This document shows positions 40,190-51,325 of a stretch of 64,000 nucleotides of DNA, one piece after another. Source of the DNA: Oscillospiraceae bacterium (GTDB lineage: Bacteria; Bacillota; Clostridia; Oscillospirales; JAVBQB01). The stretch spans positions 28,038-92,037 of the forward strand of contig JAVBQB010000002.1 of the NCBI GenBank assembly GCA_031549265.1, read 5' to 3'. Below the pieces are notes generated by a model. That model was not told the origin of the DNA, did no database searches, and saw only the letters and a list, made by a program, of their open reading frames with translations. A program made the translations under genes and the position numbers. Positions within the stretch are counted from its first letter, which is position 1. Every line of letters starts with the position of its first letter.

Positions 40190-42837
40190 TATTCGGGCTG
40201 TTCGGACTGCTCGGGCTGCCCGGCGTCAGGCTCGGTGGCGCTCGACGGCTCCCCGGAAACTTCGGCATCCGCCTGAGTCTCCTGTCCGGCGCCAGTCTGG
40301 CCGTCCTGGCCGTCCTGGCCGGATTCGGTGTCCTCGTCGTCGCTTTCCACTTTTTCGGTGCGTTCGATGGAGATGATGTGCGAGCCGCTGCCCGGGCGCA
40401 TCAGGATAACGCCCTGGGTATTGCGTCCGTAGACGCTGATCTCGCTGACCGACATGCGGATTACCGTACCGTCGTCGGAAATAATCAGTACGTCGTCGGT
40501 TTCCTCGACCACTTTAACGTCGGCGACCAATCCTGTCTTTTCGGTAACCTTGCAGTTGACCAGACCCTTGCCTCCGCGGCGCTGGACATGGCGCTCGGCA
40601 ATGTCGGCGCCCTCTTCGGCCTCGCCGTCCTCGGCGGAAGCACCGCCGCGCATGTAGTCGTCGATCGGAGTGCGCTTGCCGTAGCCGTTTTCGGTTACCG
40701 TGAGCAGAGTGCCCCCGATCCGCGCCCTGGCCGCGCCGACAACGTAGTCGCCGCCGTTCAGGCGTATGCCGCGCACGCCGCCCGCTTCTCGTCCGGTGGT
40801 TCGAACGTCGTTCTCGTCAAAGCAGATTGCCATTCCCTCGCGGGTTGCGATAATTATCGCCTGCTGGCCGTCGGTCTTGCGCACGGCGATCAGTTCGTCG
40901 CCCTCGTCCAGCGTCATCGCGCGTATGCCCGACTTTCTTACGGAATTAAGGTTGGACAACAGGATGCGCTTGACCGTTCCGCAACGCGTCGCCATAAACA
41001 GGTACTTGCACTGCTCCTCGCTCTCAACCGGAATCATGGCCGTAACCTTTTCGTCCGGCTCAAGCGGCAGCAGGTTAACGATGTTCATTCCCTTGGCTGT
41101 CCGACCCGCCTCGGGTACAAGATATCCCTTCTTTCGGTGAAGCCTGCCCTTGCTGGTAAAGAACAGGATGTAATCATGTGTCGACGCCACGAACAGCGTG
41201 CGGATGAAGTCCTCCTCACGCACCGTCTGCGCCGCGATTCCGCGTCCGCCGCGCCTCTGCGAGCGGTAAACGTCGGCGGGCTGGCGCTTTATATATCCCA
41301 TATTGGTCATGGTATATACGCAGTCCTGCCGCTCTATAAGATCTTCAATATCTATCTCGTCGTCGCTTTCAATTATCTCGGTGCGGCGCTCATCGCCAAA
41401 GCGGGCCTTGATTTCGGCCAGCTCCTGCTTGACAATGCTCATGACAAGCGCGTCAGAGGCCAGAATTTCGTTGAAGTATTTGATCTTGTCCATCAGAGCC
41501 GCGTATTCGTCCTCGATCTTGCTGCGCTCAAGGCCCTGCAACCTTCCCAGCCTCATATCGAGAATGGCCTGGGACTGGATTTCGCTGAGTCCGAAGCGTT
41601 CCATCAGCCGGGGTTTGGCGTTGTCGTAGCTGGAGCGGATGATGCTTATAACCTCGTCAATATTGTCAATCGCGATGCGCAGTCCTTCCAGGATATGCGC
41701 CCGGTCCTGCGCGCGCTTAAGATCATATCTGGTGCGGCGGACGATGATATCCCTCTGGAAGCTGACAAAATTATCGATAATCTCGCGCAGTGACAGCGTT
41801 TTCGGCTGTCCGTCCACCAGCGCGAGCATGTTGATTGCGAACGTGGTCTGCATCGAGGTGGATGAATACAGCTTGTTCAGCACAACCTGGGCGTTGGCGT
41901 CCCGCTTCAGCTCGATGACGATCTTCATGCCGTTGCGTCCGGATTCGTCGCGCAGCGCGGAAATGCCCTCCAGGCTCTTGTCCTTGACCAGATCTGCGAT
42001 GCTCTCGACCAGCCTGGCCTTGTTGACCATGTACGGCAGCTCTGTCACAACGATGCGGGACTTGGAGCCGTCCTCCTCGATCTCGGCGCGCGCGCGGACT
42101 TTGACCTTGCCGCGCCCGGTGGCATAGGCCGCACGGATACCCACCCGGCCGTAAATGATGCCGGATGTGGGGAAGTCGGGGCCCTTGATGTGCTCCATCA
42201 TATCGTCGAGGTCGGCTTCAGGGTTATCGATAACGCAGATGACGGCGTCGATCGTCTCCCTCATGTTGTGCGGCGGGATATTGGTCGCCATACCGACCGC
42301 GATTCCGGCGGAACCGTTAACCAGCAGGTTGGGAAAGCGCGCCGGCAGAACCGTCGGCTCCTCGTCGCTGTTGTCGAAGTTCGGAATAAAATCGACGGTT
42401 TCCTTTTCGATCTCGGTAAGCAGCTCCATCGCGACCTTGGCCATGCGGGCCTCGGTATAACGGTAAGCGGCCGGGGGGTCTCCGTCCACCGAGCCGAAGT
42501 TTCCGTGACCGTCGACAAGCATGTAGCGCAGCGAAAAGTCCTGCGCCATGCGCACAAGCGAATCGTAAACCGCGGCGTCTCCGTGCGGATGGTATCGGCC
42601 CAGCACGGCGCCGACGGTCGTCGCCGACTTACGGAAAGCCCGGTCGGGCGTGAGGTTGTCCTCGTACATCGTGTAGAGGATACGGCGGTGCACCGGCTTG
42701 AGCCCATCACGCACATCCGGCAGCGCGCGCCCGACAATGACCGACATGGAGTAGGCGATATACGACTTCTTCATCTCGCGCTCAAGGTCGACGTTTATTA
42801 TCTTTTGGTTTTCAAACGCTATGCTATCATTTGCCAT
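40189..42837 (-). CDS. gyrA: DNA gyrase subunit A
   Basis: 882 aa. [11 protein letters not shown], active-site [10 protein letters not shown], beta-pinwheel C-terminal domain, and an acidic Q/E/D-rich tail. Confidence 0.97.
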   Translation of the reverse strand: MANDSIAFENQKIINVDLEREMKKSYIAYSMSVIVGRALPDVRDGLKPVHRRILYTMYEDNLTPDRAFRKSATTVGAVLGRYHPHGDAAVYDSLVRMAQDFSLRYMLVDGHGNFGSVDGDPPAAYRYTEARMAKVAMELLTEIEKETVDFIPNFDNSDEEPTVLPARFPNLLVNGSAGIAVGMATNIPPHNMRETIDAVICVIDNPEADLDDMMEHIKGPDFPTSGIIYGRVGIRAAYATGRGKVKVRARAEIEEDGSKSRIVVTELPYMVNKARLVESIADLVKDKSLEGISALRDESGRNGMKIVIELKRDANAQVVLNKLYSSTSMQTTFAINMLALVDGQPKTLSLREIIDNFVSFQRDIIVRRTRYDLKRAQDRAHILEGLRIAIDNIDEVISIIRSSYDNAKPRLMERFGLSEIQSQAILDMRLGRLQGLERSKIEDEYAALMDKIKYFNEILASDALVMSIVKQELAEIKARFGDERRTEIIESDDEIDIEDLIERQDCVYTMTNMGYIKRQPADVYRSQRRGGRGIAAQTVREEDFIRTLFVASTHDYILFFTSKGRLHRKKGYLVPEAGRTAKGMNIVNLLPLEPDEKVTAMIPVESEEQCKYLFMATRCGTVKRILLSNLNSVRKSGIRAMTLDEGDELIAVRKTDGQQAIIIATREGMAICFDENDVRTTGREAGGVRGIRLNGGDYVVGAARARIGGTLLTVTENGYGKRTPIDDYMRGGASAEDGEAEEGADIAERHVQRRGGKGLVNCKVTEKTGLVADVKVVEETDDVLIISDDGTVIRMSVSEISVYGRNTQGVILMRPGSGSHIISIERTEKVESDDEDTESGQDGQDGQTGAGQETQADAEVSGEPSSATEPDAGQPEQSEQPE

Positions 42838-42872
42838 AAATTACCTCATAATCGATAGGGTTTTTCACTTAA

Positions 42873-43337
42873 TCAGCTGTACCACGAAAAATTTTTCGCC
42901 CACATTCGGCTCGGCTGCCCTGTAATCCTCTCAACAGAGCGCGCCAGTAATTCGTCAGGGTCGTCGCCATCATACGGCGGCATATTTTTATGATAATCCG
43001 ATACGCAGGCTGCCAGCTCGGCGGCTAGTATATCGACTTTTGCTTTTTTGATAACCGATAAAATAAGAACCACAGAGCTAATAACCAGTGCCGGCGGAGA
43101 GCCAAATAAAATTAGGACAACGGGCGGGATGAAAAACATAAATCCAATAGAAACTCTGCCGTCAGGCGTGCAAAGACCTACGATGAGCATAAGAGTTATA
43201 ATACCGAAAACAAAAACGCAGCTAAACGCTATTAAGCGTCTGCCTTCGAGTTTGTCAAGCTTTATGTTGACCTTGTCAACCTCTTTCAGTGTTTCATCCA
43301 ATAATTTGCTCGATTTTTTGTCACTTTCATCCAACAA
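42873..43337 (-). CDS. Small membrane protein, paralogue 2 of a tandem pair between gyrB and gyrA (unknown family)
   Basis: 154 aa, TTG start after GGGAGTG. Hydrophobic helices LIAFSCVFVFGIITLMLIVGL and IGFMFFIPPVVLILF...VISSVVLILSVI. The C-terminal motif PPYDGDDPDELLARSVERITG is shared with the upstream ORF. Confidence 0.7.
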   Translation of the reverse strand: MLDESDKKSSKLLDETLKEVDKVNIKLDKLEGRRLIAFSCVFVFGIITLMLIVGLCTPDGRVSIGFMFFIPPVVLILFGSPPALVISSVVLILSVIKKAKVDILAAELAACVSDYHKNMPPYDGDDPDELLARSVERITGQPSRMWAKNFSWYS

Positions 43338-43376
43338 TTATCACTCCCGCTTCCAGAAATGAAAACATCAAAGCGC

Positions 43377-43829
43377 TTACTTGCCGGCCGACCAGGTATC
43401 CCGTTTGCGCCCGGTAATCGTCTCAATCGCGGAGGCCAGCCGTTCCTCGGCGTCATTGCCGTCATAAGGCGGCTCGCCGTTTTTGAACCTTGCGACGGCG
43501 ACGTTGACTTGGTGGCTGATTTTCTCCACCTGCGACTTCTTGCGTATACACACAAAAATGTTGAAAACTGCGAGCAGCATCGGCAGCACAAAAAGTATGA
43601 CAACAAAAAGCATGGACGGATCAACCGAGATAAAATACAAATACGGCCATCCGGCGCTGAAAAAGAGGAATCCCGCGGCAATCAGCCAGACAAATGAAGT
43701 CTTGAAGCGTTTATTCCAGCTCTCGCCGTACTGGTTGTTCGTCTCAACGAACTTGAGCGTATTCGAAAGCAGATCCTCAGAACGCAATTCTTCACCTCTT
43801 TTTCTGACTGAATAAGCCGTCAGTATCAA
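43377..43829 (-). CDS. Small membrane protein, paralogue 1 of a tandem pair between gyrB and gyrA (unknown family)
   Basis: 150 aa from TTG 43829. An alternative TTG at 43787 follows AGAGGTG. Helices FVWLIAAGFLFFSAGWPYLYFI and MLFVVILFVLPMLLAVFNIFVCI, and the C-terminal motif PPYDGNDAEERLASAIETITG. Confidence 0.7.
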   Translation of the reverse strand: MILTAYSVRKRGEELRSEDLLSNTLKFVETNNQYGESWNKRFKTSFVWLIAAGFLFFSAGWPYLYFISVDPSMLFVVILFVLPMLLAVFNIFVCIRKKSQVEKISHQVNVAVARFKNGEPPYDGNDAEERLASAIETITGRKRDTWSAGK

Positions 43830-43858
43830 TTAATGACTTAGACCATATATCGCGCGGC

Positions 43859-43888
43859 CTGCCGATGGCTGATTCTATTAATCGGCAG
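43859..43888 (-). other. Stem-loop downstream of gyrB (no U-tract)
   Basis: 8-bp stem CTGCCGAT / ATCGGCAG with a 14-nt loop, in the 93-nt gap before the first small membrane ORF. Confidence 0.4.
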
Positions 43889-43922
43889 TTAGTCTTAATT
43901 ACGCGTCCAACCTAAAAAACTA

Positions 43923-45857
<1,935 letters not shown>

Positions 45858-45893
45858 TTAGGATCAAATATGCGCGAATGCGGGTTAATGCCT

Positions 45894-46187
45894 TTATTCT
45901 TCGGTCTGACCGGCTTTAATAAGCCGTCTGGTGTTAATTTTTCGCGAGCACCGTTTTGCCAGCGTATTGGTCGCGATAACAGTGACGTACACGCGGCTGT
46001 TCCCGCGCTCTCCCGCGACAACGAATGATTTTGGCAGCTCCTGGCCGACGTTGACCACTTTTCCGCCGCGCTGGGCGGATTCAAGATATTTCCGCGTTAT
46101 AACCGACTGGGTTGTGTTGTCCAGATCAAAAACCCCGATTATGGACTTGTCTCCGACTACAACATCGCTTCCAAGATGAATATACAA
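45894..46187 (-). CDS. remB: DUF370 / RemB (YaaB)-like protein
   Basis: A TTG start at 46187, 5 nt after GGAGG, gives MYIHLGSDVVVGDKSIIGVFDL, matching the B. subtilis RemB N-terminus (MYIHLG...). It holds the conserved recF-remB-gyrB position. Confidence 0.8.
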   Translation of the reverse strand: MYIHLGSDVVVGDKSIIGVFDLDNTTQSVITRKYLESAQRGGKVVNVGQELPKSFVVAGERGNSRVYVTVIATNTLAKRCSRKINTRRLIKAGQTEE

Positions 46188-46213
46188 GCCTGCCTCCAAA
46201 AAATATCAATATT

Positions 46214-47317
46214 TCACTCGTCCACGATCCGGCCGTTTTCAACGTAAATGTTTTTTTGGCTGCCGCAGTCGATGTCGCGCTCGCAGCTGGTGATAATGAT
46301 CTGCCCCCCGCCTCCGCTGCTGAGCAGATATTCCCTGCGGTGCGCGTCGAGCTCAGACAGAACGTCGTCCAGCAGCAGGATCGGATATTCGCCGGTGTCA
46401 TTGTAATTGACGTTACGTTCTCCGATTTTCAGGGAAAGCGCCGCCGTTCTGATCTGCCCCTGCGATCCAAACGTTTTGGCCGGCATGTCGCATAGCTTTA
46501 TCTCAATGTCGTCCTTGTGAGGGCCGACCAGACATTTCCCGGATGCAAGCTCGCCGTCCATGTGGTTCTCTACCGACGTTTCGAGCTGTTTTGCGATTTC
46601 GGCGGCGGACGCGCAGGTATCGGTTACCTCACGGTCGGTTACATAAGCCAGCGCGAGCTGCTCCCTGCCGCAGGATATCGCGTCATGAACCGACATCGCC
46701 TCGCGCTCAAGCGTCTCAATGTAGGACGCGCGGTAGCGGATAACGTGTGCCCCGATCTCGCACAGCCGCTGGTTGAATACGTCCAGCGTTTCCGGAACCC
46801 GGCCGTACTTCAGCCGCTCCTGGAGCAGCGCGCGTTTGTGCTCAAAAATCCGGCGGTATTCGGCGAGAATCAGCGCGTATTTCGGCCTAAGCTGGATGAC
46901 GGCATTGTCGAGAAACCTCCGCCTGTCCAGTGATACGCTTTTGACAAGATATAAATCTTCCGGAGAAAACAGCACCGACCGCAGGATTCCGACAGCAAAC
47001 GATGCGTCCCGCTCACGCTTTCCTCCGACCAGGATCTCACGCCGCCGCCCGCGTTCCAGCCTCGCTTCAAGATGCCGCACGAGGCCGGCCGAATCAACAT
47101 CGGCGGATACGGAAAACCGGTCCTCACTAAAATTGATAAGGTCGCTGTCACGTCCGGTGCGGAACGACCTGAACGTCGCCAGATAATTTACCGCCTCGAG
47201 AAGGCTGGTTTTGCCCTGCGCGTTGTCGCCCATGACCACGTTGACACCCGGGCAGAACTCGACCTCGGCGGAGGTGTAGTTGCGGAATCCGGAAAGCGAC
47301 AGTTTTGGAATAAACAT
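46214..47317 (-). CDS. recF: DNA replication and repair protein RecF
   Basis: 367 aa, Walker A GDNAQGKTSLLEA, and LLLDDVLSELD near the C-terminus. Confidence 0.95.
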   Translation of the reverse strand: MFIPKLSLSGFRNYTSAEVEFCPGVNVVMGDNAQGKTSLLEAVNYLATFRSFRTGRDSDLINFSEDRFSVSADVDSAGLVRHLEARLERGRRREILVGGKRERDASFAVGILRSVLFSPEDLYLVKSVSLDRRRFLDNAVIQLRPKYALILAEYRRIFEHKRALLQERLKYGRVPETLDVFNQRLCEIGAHVIRYRASYIETLEREAMSVHDAISCGREQLALAYVTDREVTDTCASAAEIAKQLETSVENHMDGELASGKCLVGPHKDDIEIKLCDMPAKTFGSQGQIRTAALSLKIGERNVNYNDTGEYPILLLDDVLSELDAHRREYLLSSGGGGQIIITSCERDIDCGSQKNIYVENGRIVDE

Positions 47318-47326
47318 TTGGGCAGA

Positions 47327-47560
47327 TCAGCAACCGATCACATTGACAGAGACGTTGCGGTCGCTCAGGCTGACGTAGTCTCCCGGCCAGATTTTCTTGC
47401 CGCGCTTCATGCATTTTTCGCCGTTAACCGCGACCTCTCCGTCAAGAATAATGCACTTTGCCTCGCCCCCGGTCGAGCATACGCCCGAATATTTCAGCAG
47501 CGCGTCGAGCTGGATGTACTCAGTTTCGATAGCGCAATCAATAGTCATTTGTTTAGACAT
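47327..47560 (-). CDS. yaaA: S4-domain RNA-binding protein YaaA/RlbA-like
   Basis: 77 aa. IQLDALLKYSGVCSTGGEAKCIILDGEVAVNGEKCMKRGKKI. It sits between dnaN and recF, as in B. subtilis. Confidence 0.85.
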   Translation of the reverse strand: MSKQMTIDCAIETEYIQLDALLKYSGVCSTGGEAKCIILDGEVAVNGEKCMKRGKKIWPGDYVSLSDRNVSVNVIGC

Positions 47561-47576
47561 GGATATTTTCCCCTTA

Positions 47577-48698
47577 TCACTCGTTTTTTAGTCTGACCGG
47601 CAGCACCAGCAGTATAAAATCATCGCCTTCAACCGGTCTGATAACACAGGGTGACACAGAGCTGGACAGTTCCATCTTTACCTCGTCTACGCCGGCTGCC
47701 CGGAGCGAGTCGAGCAGATACTTGCCGTTGAACCCGACCTCCACCCGGTCGCCGCCACCCGACATTGCCACCTCATCCTGGGCGCTGCCAAGCGCGGTAT
47801 TGCAAAAAAGACGCACGCTCTTTCCCTCAAACACACAGCGAATCGGCGTTTTCAGCTTTTCGGATATGAGGAGAGACAGGCGTTCGATACAATCGATCAT
47901 CTCGCGCCGGTCCACCGTGACGGTCATCACGCATGACTTGGGCAATACGTTGCGGTAGTCCATGAAATCGCCGCTGAGCAGCCGCGACACCACAGTAGTC
48001 GCGCCGATGGAAAACAGGATGTGCTTACTGCCAACAGAGACTGTAACCTCGTCGTCACAGTCGCCGATGATTTTGTCAATCTCACTCAGTGCTGTGCCCG
48101 GAACGATAAAACGGGTATTGCCCTCGGTTTCACTGCGTACCGTTTCATGCCGGATAGCCATCCGGACTCCGTCCAGCGCGACGACGCTCAGTTTTTCGCC
48201 CGTGACGTCAAAGAGCGCGCCGTTATAGAGCTTCTGGTCGTCGCGGGAGGAGATCGCGTGGCTTACCTGGTCGATGATTGCCTTGAGCGTGCTTTGTTTA
48301 ATAAATATCTGCCCGGCATTATCGATATTGTCCTCGCTGACCGAGGGAAATTCCGGATAATCGGACGCGGGCATTCCGATAATATTAAATTCCGTCATGC
48401 CGCCGGTGAGTTTGACCGAATTTTTATCGGTGGACTCAAACGTAATAAGACAATCGGGCATTTTTCGGACGATATCGGCAAGCAGCTTAGCGCTGACGAC
48501 GATCTCGCCCGGCTGCCGTGCGTCGACTTCTATGTTCGTCCGTATACCGGTTTCGAGATTGTAGCCGGTGACAGAGAGTGTATTATCAAGGGTAAGCAGC
48601 AGCCCCTCAAGCGCCGGAATCGTTGTTTTGTTTGAAACCGCGTGAGCGGCTTTGAGAAGCGCATTTTGAAAAGTACCCTTTTCACACACAAACAGCAT
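47577..48698 (-). CDS. dnaN: DNA polymerase III beta sliding clamp
   Basis: Start MLFVCEKGTFQNALLKAAHAVSNKTTIPALEGLLL at 48698 after GGAGGA. 373 aa. Confidence 0.93.
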   Translation of the reverse strand: MLFVCEKGTFQNALLKAAHAVSNKTTIPALEGLLLTLDNTLSVTGYNLETGIRTNIEVDARQPGEIVVSAKLLADIVRKMPDCLITFESTDKNSVKLTGGMTEFNIIGMPASDYPEFPSVSEDNIDNAGQIFIKQSTLKAIIDQVSHAISSRDDQKLYNGALFDVTGEKLSVVALDGVRMAIRHETVRSETEGNTRFIVPGTALSEIDKIIGDCDDEVTVSVGSKHILFSIGATTVVSRLLSGDFMDYRNVLPKSCVMTVTVDRREMIDCIERLSLLISEKLKTPIRCVFEGKSVRLFCNTALGSAQDEVAMSGGGDRVEVGFNGKYLLDSLRAAGVDEVKMELSSSVSPCVIRPVEGDDFILLVLPVRLKNE

Positions 48699-48944
48699 AA
48701 TGTTCCTCCGATAAAATAACATAATAAAGAATTATAGAGATTAAGATGATAGAATTAGTAGAATAGATGTGAAAACTGATGAAAACTCAGGAATACGCTG
48801 GAGCGCTAATTCTTCACAAAATAAAAAAATGTCAGAAAACAGATTAAAAAAATGGTTAAAACTTAAATGGCGGATTTTTGCACATCGTCTCCGCGCGGAA
48901 ATGCACAAAAATGTTTAAAACCTGTCGAAAGGGGTAAAGCAGTG
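48699..48944. other. oriC: Candidate oriC: AT-rich dnaA-dnaN spacer (possible unwinding region plus DnaA boxes)
   Basis: A 246-bp non-coding gap that is very AT-rich at about 48715-48870 in a GC-rich window. It contains four DnaA-box-like 9-mers and is flanked by the canonical origin gene set. Confidence 0.6.
48768..48907. promoter_or_regulatory. Cluster of four DnaA-box-like 9-mers (relaxed consensus TTWTNCACA)
   Basis: TTTTGCACA at 48876-48884 fits exactly. TTCTTCACA at 48810-48818 has 1 mismatch. GTTTTCACA, on the complement of 48768-48776, has 1 mismatch. AAATGCACA at 48899-48907 has 2 mismatches. I found no perfect TTATCCACA. Confidence 0.45.
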
Positions 48945-50246
48945 TCAGCGGTTGCGGATGTTATCCTGAATGTTTCTGACTGTATTCGCGAGTTCGGCGT
49001 CAAATTTCATGTCTTTCTCAATCTTTTCGGTAGAATATCTGATAGTTGTATGGTTCCGGTCTTCAAACTCAAGTCCGATATCATGGAGCGACAGCTTGGT
49101 CAGCTGGCGGATCAGATACATCGCGACGTGGCGCGGCGTGGTCAGTTCGCTGTTGCGCTTCTGCCCGCGGACATCCTTCTCGCTGACCGAATAATACGCG
49201 CAGACTTCCTCGATTATGAGCGAGGGCGTCGGATTGAGACCCGGGCTTTCCTTATAGATGTCGGAAATGGCCCGGTCGGCGGCATCGATGTCAATCGGGG
49301 TAAACATGAGATCCCTGAAAGCAAGCAGCTTCTTGACCGTCCCTTCCATCTGGCGCACATTGGACGTGATCTTTTGCGCGATGTATTCTACGATATTCAG
49401 GCTGAGATCCAGGCCGAGGTGCTGTGCCTTGTTCTTGATTATAGCCATGCGCGTTTCGAAGTCCGGCGGCTGAATATCCGCGATCAGTCCGGACTCAAAC
49501 CGGGTGCGCAGACGATCCTCCAGACGCGCCATTTCGCGGGGCGGACGGTCGGCGGTCAGGACGATTTGCTTTTTGGATTCGTACAGCGTATTAAAAGTGT
49601 GAAAGAATTCCTCTTGCGTCCTGTCCTTTCCTGCGATAAACTGGATATCGTCGACAAGCAGCAGGTCGGCTCTCCGGTATTTCTCCCGGAATTCCGACGT
49701 TGTATTATACTGGATTGATCCAACCAGTTCGTTTGTGAACTCGTCACCCTTGATGTAAACGATGCGGTAGTTCTCGCGGTTAACGTTGATTTCGTGCGCG
49801 ATGGCATAGAGCAGGTGAGTTTTGCCAAGTCCCGATCCGCCGTAGATGAATAGCGGGTTATAGGATTCGGCCGGATTGTCGGCGACGGCACGGGCGGCGG
49901 CGTGGGCGAATTTATTCGAGTTTCCTACGATATACTCCGAGAAGGTAAAGTCGTTATTAAACAAAAATTTATTGGTCACATGTTGCTGAGCGGAGTCCTC
50001 GCTCTCATCGACAATGATACGCAAAGTGATTTTACGTGAAAAGACCTTGGCGAGTTCGTCTGTCAAAACGTCAAGGTATTTATCGGCTATGACGTCTTTT
50101 TTGAAACCGGACGACGTCTTGATAATCAGGCAATCGTTGTTGAAGCTGATCGCGGAGGCGTCGTCAAACCAGGTATTGAATACAGTGGCGGAGAGCCTGG
50201 ATTTGAGAGAATTCACCAATCGGCTCCAAAGGACATCAGCAGTCAT
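48945..50246 (-). CDS. dnaA: Chromosomal replication initiator protein DnaA
   Basis: 433 aa. Walker A GGSGLGKTHLL, LLLVDDIQF, and a C-terminal DNA-binding domain (RHVAMYLIRQLT...HTTIRYSTEKIE). Confidence 0.97.
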   Translation of the reverse strand: MTADVLWSRLVNSLKSRLSATVFNTWFDDASAISFNNDCLIIKTSSGFKKDVIADKYLDVLTDELAKVFSRKITLRIIVDESEDSAQQHVTNKFLFNNDFTFSEYIVGNSNKFAHAAARAVADNPAESYNPLFIYGGSGLGKTHLLYAIAHEINVNRENYRIVYIKGDEFTNELVGSIQYNTTSEFREKYRRADLLLVDDIQFIAGKDRTQEEFFHTFNTLYESKKQIVLTADRPPREMARLEDRLRTRFESGLIADIQPPDFETRMAIIKNKAQHLGLDLSLNIVEYIAQKITSNVRQMEGTVKKLLAFRDLMFTPIDIDAADRAISDIYKESPGLNPTPSLIIEEVCAYYSVSEKDVRGQKRNSELTTPRHVAMYLIRQLTKLSLHDIGLEFEDRNHTTIRYSTEKIEKDMKFDAELANTVRNIQDNIRNR

Positions 50247-50290
50247 TAAATGACCTCCGGGAATAATAATAGTTAGGCTGATAACCTTTA

Positions 50291-50319
50291 TATTATATCA
50301 GAAACCGGCAGGCAAATCA
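50291..50319 (-). promoter_or_regulatory. Sigma-A-type promoter of dnaA
   Basis: Minus strand: TTGATT (50319-50314), 17-nt spacer, TATAAT (50296-50291). GGAGG RBS before ATG 50246. Confidence 0.6.
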
Positions 50320-50497
50320 AGGCTGGGACTAGTCATGACGTAAAAATTAACTGATATTTTTCTATTTTTAAGGTCAAAATGTAACAAAACAAGTGTGGTA
50401 GCCGATTTGTTCGACGTTTGACGCAAGCAAAAGAACGGAAAATATGCGGCTATATTTAGCCCGATGATAAAAACTTAGTTACATAGCAATGTTTTGC

Positions 50498-50527
50498 TTG
50501 ACATAGTTAATTTGATTAATATATAAT
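50498..50527 (+). promoter_or_regulatory. Sigma-A-type promoter of rpmH-rnpA
   Basis: TTGACA (50498-50503), 18-nt spacer, TATAAT (50522-50527). Confidence 0.6.
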
Positions 50528-50562
50528 ACATTGCATGCCAAATGTATAGCGAGGTGAGTTTT

Positions 50563-50697
50563 ATGGTTCGCACATATCAGCCGAAGAAAAGACAGCGCTC
50601 GAAAGAACACGGTTTCAGAAAGAGAATGAAGACTAAAAACGGCAGGAAGATCCTGGCCAACAGACGCGCAAGAGGCAGAGTCAGACTCACTCATTAA
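50563..50697 (+). CDS. rpmH: 50S ribosomal protein L34
   Basis: Below the ORF-track size cutoff, so translated by hand: [44 protein letters not shown] (44 aa). GAGGTGA RBS. Confidence 0.95.
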   Translation: MVRTYQPKKRQRSKEHGFRKRMKTKNGRKILANRRARGRVRLTH

Positions 50698-50737
50698 CGG
50701 TCTTTCGGCCGTTTATTTTTGACTTCAAGGTTTGTTT

Positions 50738-51073
50738 ATGAAGTATACCGTTTCCCTTACCAGGAACAAGGATTTTAGAAGGCTTTACGCCAGGGGAAAA
50801 AGTGCGGTTAGCCAAGTGCTGGCCGTTTATGCCAGGAAAAACGGGCTGCAAAGTAACAGACTGGGAATAACCGCGGGAACCAAGATTGGTAACGCGGTTA
50901 AGCGCAATCTGGTCCGGCGGAGAATCCGTGAGTCGTACCGGCTTTGTGAGGAAACCCTGAAAACAGGGTATGACATTGTCATCGTCGCGCGTACCAGGGC
51001 GGTACATGTAAATTTTAGAGAAATCAGCGGTTCGTTGACCGCGCTGATGGATAAGCTTCAAATTCTCAAATGA
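50738..51073 (+). CDS. rnpA: Ribonuclease P protein component
   Basis: [22 protein letters not shown]...[13 protein letters not shown] 50738 is preferred over the track TTG at 50732. Confidence 0.9.
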   Translation: MKYTVSLTRNKDFRRLYARGKSAVSQVLAVYARKNGLQSNRLGITAGTKIGNAVKRNLVRRRIRESYRLCEETLKTGYDIVIVARTRAVHVNFREISGSLTALMDKLQILK

Positions 51074-51279
51074 AAAAGCTGTTTATAGATATTATTCGCT
51101 TTTACAGAAAGCATATTTCGCCGCTTCGGCGTCCGTGCTGCAGGTTTATACCTACATGTTCGGAGTATGCTATTGCCGCGCTGGAAAAATATGGCGCGGC
51201 TAAAGGTCTATACCTAGCTTTCAAGAGGTTCCTGAAGTGCAATCCATTTCACAAGGGCGGGTATGATCCGCTTAAATGA
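51070..51279 (+). CDS. yidD: Membrane protein insertion efficiency factor YidD
   Basis: 69 aa. [23 protein letters not shown]...[15 protein letters not shown] overlap with the rnpA stop. Confidence 0.93.
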   Translation: MKKLFIDIIRFYRKHISPLRRPCCRFIPTCSEYAIAALEKYGAAKGLYLAFKRFLKCNPFHKGGYDPLK

Positions 51280-51325
51280 CCGCGGTTTGGTCAGATTTGG
51301 TCAACCATGACTACGGGGGATATAA

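Noticed and set aside
48741-48767. Possible DnaA-trio array (agatgatagaattagtagaatagatg) next to a DnaA-like box.
   Set aside because: The triplets do not consistently fit the published 3'-GAT-5' (5'-TAG/TAA) register on either strand when read by eye. I mention it only as AT-rich periodic sequence within the oriC candidate.
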